Assembly: GCA_034521835.1 (NCBI GenBank)
Contig: JAXHMA010000010.1
Location: 194,301 to 258,300, forward strand
Source of the DNA: Balneolaceae bacterium
GTDB lineage: Bacteria; Bacteroidota; Rhodothermia; Balneolales; Balneolaceae
Direction: 5' to 3'
DNA: 64,000 nt
The position numbers were made by a program, and so were the translations under genes. This document shows, in pieces, positions 42,314 to 53,071 of the stretch; position 1 is the first letter of the stretch; each line of letters starts with the position of its first letter. The notes below the pieces were generated by a model. It had not been told where the DNA came from, ran no database searches, and was given only the letters and a program-made list of their open reading frames with translations.

Positions 42314-42505
42314 CTACTCTTCCATTTTTGATCGGATGTAGGCTTCCGGGTCGTCGCCTTTGAATGAGGAAAGGGGACAACCTACTTTGTCCTTTGCGGC
42401 GTGTGCACGGACAAACGCTTCTGCTGTTCCCGAATTTCCATCCCAGGTAAGTGGCTTTTGGGGGATACGATTTTCAAGTTTTGATATTCTGTTCTTAAAG
42501 CTCAT
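42314..42505 (-). CDS. Small hypothetical satellite protein
   Basis: MSFKNRISKLENR; co-oriented with neighbouring ORFs. Confidence 0.6.
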   Translation of the reverse strand: MSFKNRISKLENRIPQKPLTWDGNSGTAEAFVRAHAAKDKVGCPLSSFKGDDPEAYIRSKMEE

Positions 42506-42544
42506 AGCTTACTTTTTTGGTGTTGAATTTGCGTTTTACGCTTC

Positions 42545-42820
42545 CTATGTCTTCGGGTTGATCTGTTCCTCCAAAGATTCAACCCTTTCTATGATTTCGT
42601 CAAGCTCTGTGAGTTTTCGCAGCTTGCTTCCCAGCTGTGAATATGCATGGGCTGCCTTCATCATTCGCTCCATTTCATCCGGGTCGTAATCTTCCCCGGC
42701 CGTGCCTAAAAAAACGGGTTCTATGGCCCGCATTGCATCCTGAATCCGAAGTCGGATCTTTTTGATGGTCCAGGGTTTTCTCGATCTGGAATATTTGTAG
42801 GAGCTTTTCTTCTTTCCCAT
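42545..42820 (-). CDS. Small hypothetical satellite protein
   Basis: Basic N-terminus, ends ELDEIIERVESLEEQ; GGAG RBS upstream. Confidence 0.65.
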   Translation of the reverse strand: MGKKKSSYKYSRSRKPWTIKKIRLRIQDAMRAIEPVFLGTAGEDYDPDEMERMMKAAHAYSQLGSKLRKLTELDEIIERVESLEEQINPKT

Positions 42821-42855
42821 ATCTCCGGGTCAAATCAGTTCTTTTTTTGGTTATT

Positions 42856-43068
42856 TCAGGCAGCACAGGGCACAGGCGCTCTTTTCCTTACCCCCTGATG
42901 CCTCGGCTTCATGCCTACGGCTCGTATCATCTTGTGCATGTTCTGCCGGGCCTGTGCCTCCCATGTATCCAGGTCCGGCTCTTCGCCGGTGCGGACAACC
43001 GCCGGGGGCCGGTTTGCTGCTTCGGTCTTGTTTTCCAGTTTTTCGAGTCGGTTTTGTAAGGATTTCAT
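42856..43068 (-). CDS. Small hypothetical satellite protein
   Basis: MKSLQNRLEKLENK. Confidence 0.6.
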   Translation of the reverse strand: MKSLQNRLEKLENKTEAANRPPAVVRTGEEPDLDTWEAQARQNMHKMIRAVGMKPRHQGVRKRAPVPCAA

Positions 43069-43185
43069 AGTACTGTGTTTAAATTAAGGCTGGCCCGGCG
43101 ACTTATTCAAAAAAACGGGCCAGCCGTTGCGATCAACTAACCGTTGCTGACGGCTTCTTCCCGTGCTTTGCGTGCTTGCAAATCA

Positions 43186-43872
43186 CTACGCACTGAATCG
43201 TTCGAAATGGAATTTTGGTACTTTGTCCAGAATTACAATTTTGTGAAGCGCGGCTTTGCCGATACGTTCTAATTCCTGCTTGACTTTCATCTTTCCAGCG
43301 AAGCGTTTTTCTCTGTAATATTTAAGCAAATCTTGGCGATTTTCTTCGGATAAGTTAACCAGATAAGCCGGTTTTGATAAAACAGCACTGGCAGAGGAAA
43401 AGTCTTGTTTGTCAATACGCTGCTTCACCCATTTAAATACGGCCGTTGGGGTGTCAAAATTTTGGGCAGCCCACTGTCGGATTTCTTTTGCATCCCGGCT
43501 ATTCCCTTCTTCATTCAGCGGCTCGTTTATTTTTGCGTTTATTTCGTCGGTTCTGCGATCCACAATTTCGGTCACCTTCTCAATGGTTTCAAACACCTTT
43601 GGGGCTACTTTGTCGACGTATCGAACGTGTTCCGCGGCTCTGCCGTGCTCATTCAGGGTGCGGTCAGAGTTGAGCTTGTCAACGGTATCATTAAGCGTTT
43701 CAAGCATCTCGTCGACTTTACCCATTCCTCGAATGGCGCTCTTTAGCTCAAAATCCTGTGGCACATTATTTTTTTCGATCTTTGCCTCAAAAAATTCTCG
43801 GCTTTCGTGAAGGGGGATCGTAATTTTTGGACGCGCGCTGCTTTTGGTGTTTCTAAATTTGCGTGGAGTCAT
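43186..43872 (-). CDS. Alpha-helical hypothetical protein; C-terminus may extend to ~43137 if an indel is corrected
   Basis: 228 aa charged helical ORF in the satellite operon. Confidence 0.7.
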   Translation of the reverse strand: MTPRKFRNTKSSARPKITIPLHESREFFEAKIEKNNVPQDFELKSAIRGMGKVDEMLETLNDTVDKLNSDRTLNEHGRAAEHVRYVDKVAPKVFETIEKVTEIVDRRTDEINAKINEPLNEEGNSRDAKEIRQWAAQNFDTPTAVFKWVKQRIDKQDFSSASAVLSKPAYLVNLSEENRQDLLKYYREKRFAGKMKVKQELERIGKAALHKIVILDKVPKFHFERFSA

Positions 43873-43942
43873 AATCGGTTTTTTTGTTTCTGATTTGATT
43901 CAACGTAGCAAGTTTTCGGGCCTAAGTAATCTCGAAAAATCG

Positions 43943-44152
43943 TTATTCGTAAAGAATGTAGTCGATCGACCGGAGCCGCCGGTTAAATTGTTTAGCCAAT
44001 TTCTTGCGCAAGGTTTTCGTATTTCCTTGGTAGCGTCCTTTAAGCTGTTCGTACAGACGCCGGATTTCGACCGTTTCAATTTCGTAAACGATGTTTCGCA
44101 CCTCCGGCCGCCCCCAAGGCTTTAACAGCCTGTTTTGCTTCTTTAAAATCAT
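43943..44152 (-). CDS. Small basic putative DNA-binding protein
   Basis: ..KKLAKQFNRRLRSIDYILYE, HTH-like C-terminus. Confidence 0.5.
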   Translation of the reverse strand: MILKKQNRLLKPWGRPEVRNIVYEIETVEIRRLYEQLKGRYQGNTKTLRKKLAKQFNRRLRSIDYILYE

Positions 44153-44326
44153 CTGTTGACATAAAAATTACTCACTAATTGCGGCTCGTTTTCTGATACC
44201 GAATTGATACCAATAAGGTTTTGTCGAAATATTTAAGTCGATCATAATTTGTTAACTCTTTGTGCAACAATGGAATAACGGAATTTGGTCTTTTTCTGAC
44301 CTCCTGCTTACAAAGCAGATATTGGG

Positions 44327-45103
44327 TCAAAATGGCAGCTCTGATCTCTCTTTTATGGATTCAAAAAAGATGTTTGGTTCCGGTGCGGTTTTTTTGTCTA
44401 ATTTGTCAATCTCATTCATCAAATATTCTGCAGGATCTTTTACTCCATCCAGTTTTAAATCTTCCAGTACATCTTCAATCGTTGCCAGCACTGAAATATC
44501 AGAGCCGTCCTTGTGTTTTCTGGGATACGCCTCTAACAAGAATTGAGCGTTGTCAATGCTAACGCTAATGTCTTTGTTAATGCCTTTGTTAATGGTGCCT
44601 GCCCTGGGGCTGCCCTGCCCCTCATACTCTTCACATTCCCCATTTTCTGGGGCAGGCTTGGGGCTGCCTTGGGGCAAAGGAAGGTTTAATTCCCCTTCGG
44701 TTATTGCATCCCGGAAAGACTTAATGTTGACGCAATTTGGGTACTCTGAAATAAAGCGTTCTAATAGTCCATGTTTAGCCAGTAGCTTGTAACAGGATAC
44801 GCCCAGGTTATTCCCTGCAGCAATGGTTCCCCATGTATCCCGAACAAAGTCTTTGATCCACACGGAACCATCATTCAGGATAGTAAACCGCTCTCGATCA
44901 AAATTTACCTTGTCTATGAAGGTTTTAAGCTCTATTTCTCCCTCACAATGAAAGGCGGCCAGTTTCGGGTTGTGCTGGTACACGCCTACATTGTCGCACT
45001 TGCAAATGACAAGCCAGTAAAAGAGCTTTTCGGTCTGGGACAGCTCGCTAAAAAAGGGCTGATCCCAAATATGAATTTCTACCATTCGACGTTTTGAATC
45101 CAT
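44327..45103 (-). CDS. Putative replication initiator (phage replisome-organiser-like)
   Basis: RRM...IWDQPFFSELS..EKLFY.L....DNVG N-terminus; low-complexity linker encoded by DNA repeats; ends ELPF; directly downstream of alpA. Confidence 0.65.
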   Translation of the reverse strand: MDSKRRMVEIHIWDQPFFSELSQTEKLFYWLVICKCDNVGVYQHNPKLAAFHCEGEIELKTFIDKVNFDRERFTILNDGSVWIKDFVRDTWGTIAAGNNLGVSCYKLLAKHGLLERFISEYPNCVNIKSFRDAITEGELNLPLPQGSPKPAPENGECEEYEGQGSPRAGTINKGINKDISVSIDNAQFLLEAYPRKHKDGSDISVLATIEDVLEDLKLDGVKDPAEYLMNEIDKLDKKTAPEPNIFFESIKERSELPF

Positions 45104-45197
45104 TGGTTTTCCTCCAGAATTTTGAAGGGCAAAGAGAAAAGCCGTATAATAAAATCGGTTTTCCTCTTAGGCTTGGAGTTGCTGCTCCAGGCCTTTT

Positions 45198-45404
45198 TTA
45201 TGCCACATCTGATTGGGGTTCGTCTTCCAATTCACCGTTCAGCCAGGCCTCGACGTCGCTTTTGCGAAAGCCGACGGCACGCGGACCGAATTGAATTTTT
45301 TCGATGGGGAGTTTGTCTTGATCCATCCAGCGGTAAAGTGTTGAGATATGGATATCCAGGATGGAGCACAATTTTTTGGGGCGGATGATATCGAGTTCTT
45401 GCAT
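45198..45404 (-). CDS. AlpA family excisionase/regulator
   Basis: IIRPKKL..ILDIHISTLYRW..., GPRAVGFRKSDVEAWL. Confidence 0.9.
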   Translation of the reverse strand: MQELDIIRPKKLCSILDIHISTLYRWMDQDKLPIEKIQFGPRAVGFRKSDVEAWLNGELEDEPQSDVA

Positions 45405-45506
45405 AACTTACAGGCTTTTCTTTCTGTTTCTATTATCTGCCTATAAGCTATTAGACTATACTGTGCTTCGTTAGATGTAGGATGTAACTTTAGGGGTTAC
45501 ATATTG

Positions 45507-46472
45507 TTACGCTTGACCCGAAGATCTCTTTGTCATAACTACTTTTGTTTCTCTTGAAACTACTAAAAGATTTATACCTTGGACCTAAACCCATTGAGGA
45601 CCTCTTCTCCTCTATCTCGTTGATACACTTCCCTCCAGATCATGTCCGAATCGTAGAGATTGTAAGCAGTTTTTCCCAATATCGATCATATTCTATAGGT
45701 AATCTTCCGATATTACTTATACCTATCCTCTCTTTCTGCTCCTCTTTTGACAAATCTTTGAAAGGTGTTAAATCATCGAAATAATCTTTGTCAATTATTT
45801 CATCTTGGATACTTATGAGTATGCCCTTCGTTCATATTTACTTTTGCAATATTTATATAAAATCGAATTGCGCCCAGCACTTTTTCAATCCCAAAACCAT
45901 CATATTCTTGCCCGGTTGCCCGTTCATATATTTTACTAATTTTTTTAGCAATGAGCCTAAATTCACCTTCAGGATTCAGTATAATTAGCCATCATTTTCC
46001 TATTCTCAATGAAAAAATTGTCAATATACTCTTTCAGTATTTTTACTTCTTCTCTTAGAGGTCTTTGAAATACTGTTATTTTGGCGTTTCCGAACCCATC
46101 CTGTGAAGGGAAGAGTGGCTTGTGAGGAGGTACTCCATAGGTAACCCTCGGATCTTCTTTAGACCTTTCATCTTCAAGTTTGGAAGAATCATAGATCTCA
46201 TCAATTATTTTATGACATGCCTTTACCCAAGTTTTGAGACTATGCTCCATCCGCTCTCTCTGCTCTGGCAAATCGGACAGAAGAGTAGAAAAATCAGCTT
46301 CTGCTCTTAACTTGTTTTTATTGTAAGCCTCTACATATTTGTCATGAAGCCGTATCGCAAATTTTTTTCTATTGATTCCTTCAAACTCCACATTATCAAT
46401 TTCAAATTTAGGCTTACTATCTTCAATAAATGCCTCGGTTTTTGAAGTGATATCTTTACTTGCATTACTCAT
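45507..46472 (-). CDS. Hypothetical AT-rich protein downstream of the integrase, probably one frameshifted gene; 3' end approximate
   Basis: 167 aa ORF 45969..46472 abutting the integrase stop; coding-like sequence continues to ~45507. Confidence 0.5.
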
Positions 46473-46474
46473 AT

Positions 46475-47745
46475 CTATCCAATCTTAGTAACATTTGACT
46501 TTGTCTCTCCAGCTAAAATCTTCTGTAAGTGGCTACTCCACCGGTTCATGGCCTGCCTCTTTTCCTTCATGTAGCCATGCCGGTCATGCAATGGCCGTAA
46601 CTTGATATCATCTCCGGCCAACCCTTTGTGGTTGAGTATCTTGCCCAATACGGTGCGATCCACGTTCAATTTCAGCCATGTAGGTGGCTACGGTACGCCT
46701 TAAATCATGGGGCCGGAAGTCTGATGCCCGGATTCATTTTTCGTGTATCTAACGGCTCGTTTAACCGATTGCAGGGGCTTATTATCCAACTTCAGGAGAG
46801 GCAAACACGTAATCGCTGTTATTGCCTGCTCTCATTTCCTCGATAATATCTAAAGCCATATCAGAAAGGGGAACCAGGTGCTCTTCTTTGTTTTTCGCCA
46901 GTTCCGCCGGTATGGTCCAAATATCGCCGCGAATATCATCCCATTTCATACTCATTGTTTCGGTTTTCCGTTGGCCGGTAATGAGCAGCATCTTAAAAAC
47001 CGATTGTGTAGGCTCATTGAGCTGCTCGAAGTATTCCCACAGATCCTGTATTTCTTCGGGCTTGTAATCCCTACTCCGCTTTTTTTCAACCTTGCCGCCT
47101 TTTTTGGTCTTATTGTACTTGGGGATGCTACGTAACCAAATTCACCTCTGTCAGATCCCGGTTAACAGCGAATGAATAGATTTTCGAAAGCCGCGCTCGA
47201 ATACGATTCGCCATTACCGGTGCGGGTTTCTTTCCATAGGCTTTATCATCTAACAGGCTAATAATCTGGTTTTTGCTAATCTTTTTGATAGGGTACTTGC
47301 CTAATTTGGGAACCAACTCAACATCAATAATTCGTTTGTACTCCCCTCTTGTGGTTTCCCGTAGTGTTGGCAGGTACTTCTCTTTAAACTCTTCGGCAAT
47401 CTCGTTGAAGGTTTCGGGATCGGGCTGGTTTTTGCGCTTTTGCTTTTCGGCTTGGGGGTCAATGCCTTTATTTACCTGTTGTGCCAACTCTCTGGCTTGA
47501 TCTCTTGCATCAGATAAGCCCAAATCTGGATAGGATCCAACTTTATAAGACTTGTATTTCCCATTGAAGTAGTACCGGTAGTAAAAATAAATACTGCCTG
47601 CTTCGGTCAATCGGATAAACAGCCCTTTAACTCCCTTTCCTTTGAGCTGGTTGTCCTCAATCAGATGCTGATCGTAGTACTCAACACGTTTGCCAGGTGG
47701 AGTCAGGTTTCTAAGAAATTGGTCTGTTAAGTGTCTTTTCGGCAT
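46475..47745 (-). CDS. Tyrosine integrase with arm-DNA-binding domain (P4-like), frameshifted
   Basis: KGLFIRL...VGSYPDLGLSDAR; LITGQR; WTIPAE..KN..H.VPLS; PHDLRRT; ILNH; EKRQAM..W. Confidence 0.92.
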
Positions 47746-47764
47746 AATAGGTGTTTTTGGATTC

Positions 47765-47785
47765 TGGTATCAGACTGGTATCAGA
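47765..47785 (+). repeat. Tandem TGGTATCAGA x2 upstream of the integrase
   Basis: TGGTATCAGA-C-TGGTATCAGA. Confidence 0.7.
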
Positions 47786-47913
47786 AATTTGCCCGAAACA
47801 AGTCTAATTCAAAAGAACTTCTAAGAACCAAAATACGCTCTTATCGTATGATATTCAACGATTTAGGGTACTTTAATCTATAAAGAAAGAATTAATAAGA
47901 ACCCCATTAGATA

Positions 47914-48006
47914 TGCCTTACAAGCAGGGGGTCACTGGTTCGAATCCAGTACCACCCACACAATTATAAGTCGTTGGCCCGGAAAGGGTTAGCGGCTTTT
48001 TTATTT
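47914..48006 (+). repeat. att core, distal copy (3' tRNA fragment + terminator)
   Basis: 92/93 identity to 40951-41043; lacks the tRNA 5' 30 nt. Confidence 0.93.
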
Positions 48007-48130
48007 CAATATATCCCGCCTTTTCAAAGAACCATATTATCTTTTGGGTCACAGAATAATGGGGTTAAACCTCAACATACCTTATAATGCGAAAGGTTAC
48101 CCATTAAACAGGCTATAATTATTGTTTTAC

Positions 48131-49855
48131 TTAAGCTTTGTTTCTGCTGCTTATAATGCTTACCGATTCAATCAGGATCCAGATTGTAAATCCCAGGATA
48201 ATGGCACCAAAGACGAACAGCAGCATATTCCCGTCTGCGGCGCCCCATCCCGACCACTCGAAGACTACCTGCCGGACCATAGCCCACAGGGTCATGGCCA
48301 GCAAGAACACCATCGGAACCACCGTATAGAGGATCGGCCGCCCCTGCTTCTTCAGCCAGATGGAAATCAGCAGGAAGCTGATGCCGGCCAGCAGTTGGTT
48401 GGAGGTGCCAAACAGCGGCCACAGCAGATAGCCGCCCGAGCCAAGACCCCGCGGACCTTCCGGTCCCAGCACCAGCGCCGCGCTGGAGAGCACTGCCACG
48501 GAGGTGGCCACATGGATATTGGTCAGTGGTTTTACATGGTAGATCTCCCCGAGCTCCCCGATGATGTAGCGCATCAGCCGCACCGAGCTGTCCAGGGTGG
48601 TGGCGGCAAAGCTGACCACGATGACCGCAATGATCGTGCGGGCCGCCTCGGCCGGGATGCCGAGGCCGGTGGCCAGCTGCCCGGCCCCCTGGATGAAGGC
48701 GTTGAGCCCGCTGGACCCGGCGGCCGCAAACGAGGAGTAGGTTTCGGCGAAGGCCTCGCTGGAGGAAAGAAGGTGGCCACCGCCAGTATGGTGATAATGG
48801 CCAGCGCTCCTTCTCCGACGGCTCCCAGGTAACCGACAAACCGGGCGTCGGTCTCGGTGTCAATCTGCTTGGAGGTAGTACCGGAGGCCACCAGCCCGTG
48901 GAACCCCGAGACCGCCCCACAGGCAATGGTAATAAACAGCAGCGGAAACCAGGAGACGTCGGTGGCCGCCGGGTTGTGCATCGGGGCGGTCACTTCCGGG
49001 GCCAACAGCAACAGGCCCAGGTACAGCACGCACCAGTCCCAGCAGTAGCTGCTGGGCGTTGATGAAGTCGCGCGGCTGCAGCAGCGTCCAGACCGGCAGC
49101 ACGGAGGCGATATACACGTAGACCATCAGCACGATAATCCAGACCAGGAAAGCCATGGAGGTGCCGCTTAGGCCAAACAGTGTTGTAGCTTCAGCTCCAC
49201 CGGCATAGCGCACCAGGTCGACCTGCAGGACCGGCACGTAGCTGGCCAGCACGGCCGTCCCGTACATCACCGCCAGCACAACCACGGTGGGCCAGAGCAT
49301 GCTCCCGGACTGCTTGTATGTGTAGAAGCCGATCCAGACCGCCAGCGGGATCTGGATAAAGATCGACAGCACGCTGGCCGGGAACGAGATAAACAGGTTG
49401 GCGATCACCCAGGCAAAGACCGCATTGATCATCAGCACCAGGATCAGGATGATAAACAGAAACAGGATCCGCCCGCGCCGGCCGATCAGGGAGTCGGCCA
49501 GGGTGCCGATCGACCGGCCCTTGTGGCGCAGCGAAAGCACCAGCGTGCCGAAGTCATGGACGCCGGCGGCAAAGACTGTCCCCAGGGCCACCCACAGGAT
49601 GGCCGGCAGCCAGCCCCAGTAGATGGCGATGGCCGGACCCACAATCGGGGCGGCCCCGGCCACGGAGGTAAAATGGTGGCCCAGCACGATCCATTTATTG
49701 GTGGGCACAAAATCCCGGCCGTCCTCCAAGGTGTGGGCCGGGGTCCGGTAGTCGGGGTCCAGCCGGTAGATCTTTTCGGCAATGAATTTCGAGTAAAACC
49801 GGTAGCCGAGGGCGAAGATTGCCAGAGCCGACAGGGCCAGGAGGATGCTGTTCAT
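48131..49855 (-). CDS. cstA: Carbon starvation CstA family peptide/pyruvate transporter, frameshifted
   Basis: TPAH..EDG.DFVPT, GHHFTSVAGAAPIVGP, LLQPRDFIN, ITIACGAVSGFH, LWPLFGTSNQLLA. Confidence 0.9.
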
Positions 49856-49873
49856 GCGCTCAGTTGTGATATT

Positions 49874-51582
49874 TTATTGCCCATTATTATACTCTAGAAT
49901 TTGACCTTCCTCCAATAACTGCTCGCGCAGTATCTGGTAATCCAGCTCCTGCACGTCCACCCCTTTCTCTATAGACAGGGCAGCCGCGGCCGCGGCGCTG
50001 TGTCCTAGGATCATAAACACCGGCTCCATGCGGATAGAGCCAAACGCGATGTGAGAGGCTGACATGGCTACCGGGACAAGCAGGTTCTGAATTTCCTGTC
50101 TTTTCGGGATGATCGATCCATACGATATAGGATAGGGCTCAGGAGGAGAAACCCCGATGTCACCCTCGTTCTGCACATAACCCTCCGGGGTGATATACCG
50201 CTGGGTGTTGTGGGAGTCCAGGGTATACGAGCCCATTCCCACCGGTTCGGGCACCTCCCGGTTACCGAGTACCTCGTGTTCGGTCATCACCTCATGCCCA
50301 ATCATCCGGCGTGCCTCGCGGATATAAAGCTGATGGGGCCAGTTGCCGTTGTCAGTAAACTCGTCCTTGGCCAGTCCCCACCGCTTCACCTCGTTCTGTA
50401 TTTCCCTGGGAACGCGGGGATCGTTAGCCAGAAAGTACATCATTCCCTTTTGATAATCTTCGTGCTCCTGGATGATCTGCTGACGCCGTTCATAAGAAGC
50501 CTCCGGATAGTCGTAATTCATCCCGAATATAATCGGTACTTACCGGACCATGGTTGTTCGTATCCGTTTTGCGGTTGGGGATTTCGTCGTACTTGGTAAA
50601 AAAGTTGTTGCGTTCGTGCCAGCCAGACTCGAACAACCGCAGCAACAAAATGTACTGGGAGGGCTCGTAATTATCCGGCTTGGGAAACGAAACCTTGTTG
50701 TCGGGATGATTGCTCAAACACATTCGAAAGCAGTATGCCTGTATCCGGTGGTCGCCGCTCCCCTTTTCACCGGGTGGGGCTACCGATACTCCACCGATAA
50801 TTCCGCTGGAGGGATTACCGGGTGAGATGTAGGGATCCACGTTCGGGCCATCCGGAGGAAAATAGTGGCTGTGATGATAAACGCCCGTCTGCACCCCGTT
50901 CCATTCCTCGTTGTAGGTGTCGTTTGACTCCCGGCCCACATGGTAACTGACACCGGCAGCGGCCATCAGATCTCCCTCATAGGTGGCATCGATGAACATC
51001 TGGCCTTCAAATTTCTTCCCGCTCAGGGTTTCGATGCTGTGAATGCGACCATTTTTAACTTCCACCCCTTCCTTGCGATCGAGCCATTCATCACGTAGTA
51101 CGGTAATCTCATAATCCTTTATAAAATCTTCAAACACCTGTTCGGCTATACTCAGGCTCAAAAATCCACATCGTGCCGTGTTCCTCGTCCATGGCTGTGG
51201 TACCCTGCCCGCGATTCCCAAATTCAGAGGGATCCTGCCAGCGCCAGGTTTCCTGCTTTTGGTAATAATCGAACACGCGCTGGTAAAACTCCCTGGACAG
51301 GCCTCCGATGACCTCCTTGTTGCCCGTATCTGTAAATCCCAGTCCCCCAGACGACAGTCCTCCCAAGTGCTTGTCGGGGGAAACCACGATCACGGACTTG
51401 TTCATCCGCGAGGCCTCCACCGCGGCCGTCACCGCCGCGGAGGTCCCCCCGTAGACGATCACATCCGCCTGGTAATGAGTACCTTCCTGTTGGCGATCCA
51501 CCCGGTCCTGAGCCATCGTAATTGGACTGACAGTGAGTAAAAAGAAAAAGACGAATAATCCCTTAAGATGTTTATGTGTCAT
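49874..51582 (-). CDS. Exported FAD-dependent oxidoreductase (FAD_oxidored family), frameshifted
   Basis: DVIVYGGTSAAV.AA, HLGGLSSGGLG.TD, FIDATYEGDL, LYIREARR, SASHIAFGSIRMEP. Confidence 0.88.
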
Positions 51583-51599
51583 GATTATAGAATTCTGAT

Positions 51600-52946
51600 C
51601 AATAGCGTCCTAAACGTTGGGAAAAATGAAAAGAGAGAAAGACTTTTGGGTATCTCAACGTATCTTTGAGTGGCAACAACACCAAATAATCCTTCTCTCC
51701 GATGACGAATATACCATTGTTTTCGCAAATTATTGCCAAATTAGATCGCCTTTCCTTCAACAGGCTTGTTAAAACCAGAGGAACAGATAAACACCAAAAG
51801 GGCTACACCAGTTGGACCCATTTGGTGTCAACGGGTTTTTGCCAGTTTGCCAAAAGTCAGTCCGTACGCGATATCAGCAACGGACTTCGCAGTGCTACCG
51901 GGAACCTCAACCATTTGGGCATTGAGCGAGCCCCCTCCAAATCGACCATCAGCTACCAAAACAAGCATCGCGACTGGCGGTTGTTTCGCGATTACTACTA
52001 CCGGTTGCTGGGGCGTTTAGGACAGCAAGCCGGGATTGGGGCAGGTGAAATTCCGCATTAAATCCAAGATCTTGCTCTTGGATTCGACCACCATTTCTCT
52101 GTGCCTGTCGCTGTTCGATTGGGCCAGATACAAAACCCGCAAGGGGGCGGTAAAAATGCACACCCTGCTGGATTATGACGGGAATTTGCCCGCTTACGTG
52201 CACCTCACCGATGGTAAAACCGCCGATAATAAAGGCACCTATGACAATCCCGCTGCTTGCGGGCAGCGTGATTGTAGCCGACCGGTTCTATAATCATTTT
52301 TCGCTATTAAAGATCTGGGACAGCAACGAAGTATATTTTGTGGTCCGCCACAAAGAAAATCTTCAGAATAAGACGATCGCAGAAAACGAGCTGCCGGACG
52401 GGCGGCACCAGCACATTCTCAAAGATGAGATTATTCAGCTGGCAGGAGCCAAATCTAAGAAAACCTACCCCGGCAAGCTTCGAAGAGTAGCCGTTTGGGA
52501 CGCCGAAAACGAGCAGGTGATTGAACTCATTACTAATCAGTTCAGCTGGACAGCCAATACTATTGGGGAGCTCTACAAGGCCCGCTGGCAGGTCGAGATC
52601 TTCTTCCGGGAAATCAAGCAGCTGCTGCACATCAAATCCTTTATTGGCACCACCGAAAATGCGGTCATGATTCAAATCTGGACGGCCCTGATCACCATCC
52701 TTATTCTGAAGGCATTAAAAGCAATGGCCAAGTACCGGTGGTACCTGTCCAACTTGGTGGGGTTTATCCGCTTAAATCTGTTTGTAAAGATCGATCTGCA
52801 GCGATGGCTGGATCATCCCTTTGAGGCCGGACATAGTCTACCTAAAGCGGGAATACAGGGGGCTTTTTTGAAATAGAAAAGAATGTGACTTATGTACGTG
52901 GAAACACTACTTTAGAAAAGACTCCAAAACGTTTAGGACACTATTG
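51600..52946 (+). mobile_element. IS4-family insertion sequence (DUF4372-type)
   Basis: 19-bp terminal IRs caatagcgtcctaaacgtt / aacgtttaggacactattg (1 mismatch); no clear TSD. Confidence 0.88.
51702..52876 (+). CDS. IS4-family DDE transposase, frameshifted
   Basis: LFSQII, LLDSTTISL, AVKMHTLLD, VADR, LYKARWQVEIFFREIKQ, GTTENAV..QIW. Confidence 0.9.
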
Positions 52947-53071
52947 ATAAATATCCTCTAATTTCTAAAATTAGAATTCCTGATTTCTTTACAATTCTAC
53001 ACTGCACGAATAGTCTGAATACAGAATTCTATTTAGACGAAAAACTAGAATCTGTACTAACGCTTGTTTTC

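Larger units (their letters stand above)
40951..48006. mobile_element. Integrated ~7 kb phage-satellite-like element in tRNA-Val
   Basis: 93-bp direct repeat (40951-41043 and 47914-48006, 1 mismatch); integrase, AlpA, replication protein and Doc module, all on the minus strand. Confidence 0.9.

Noticed and set aside
47914-47958. Second tRNA-Val gene
   Set aside because: Lacks the 5' acceptor strand and D arm; it is the att duplication
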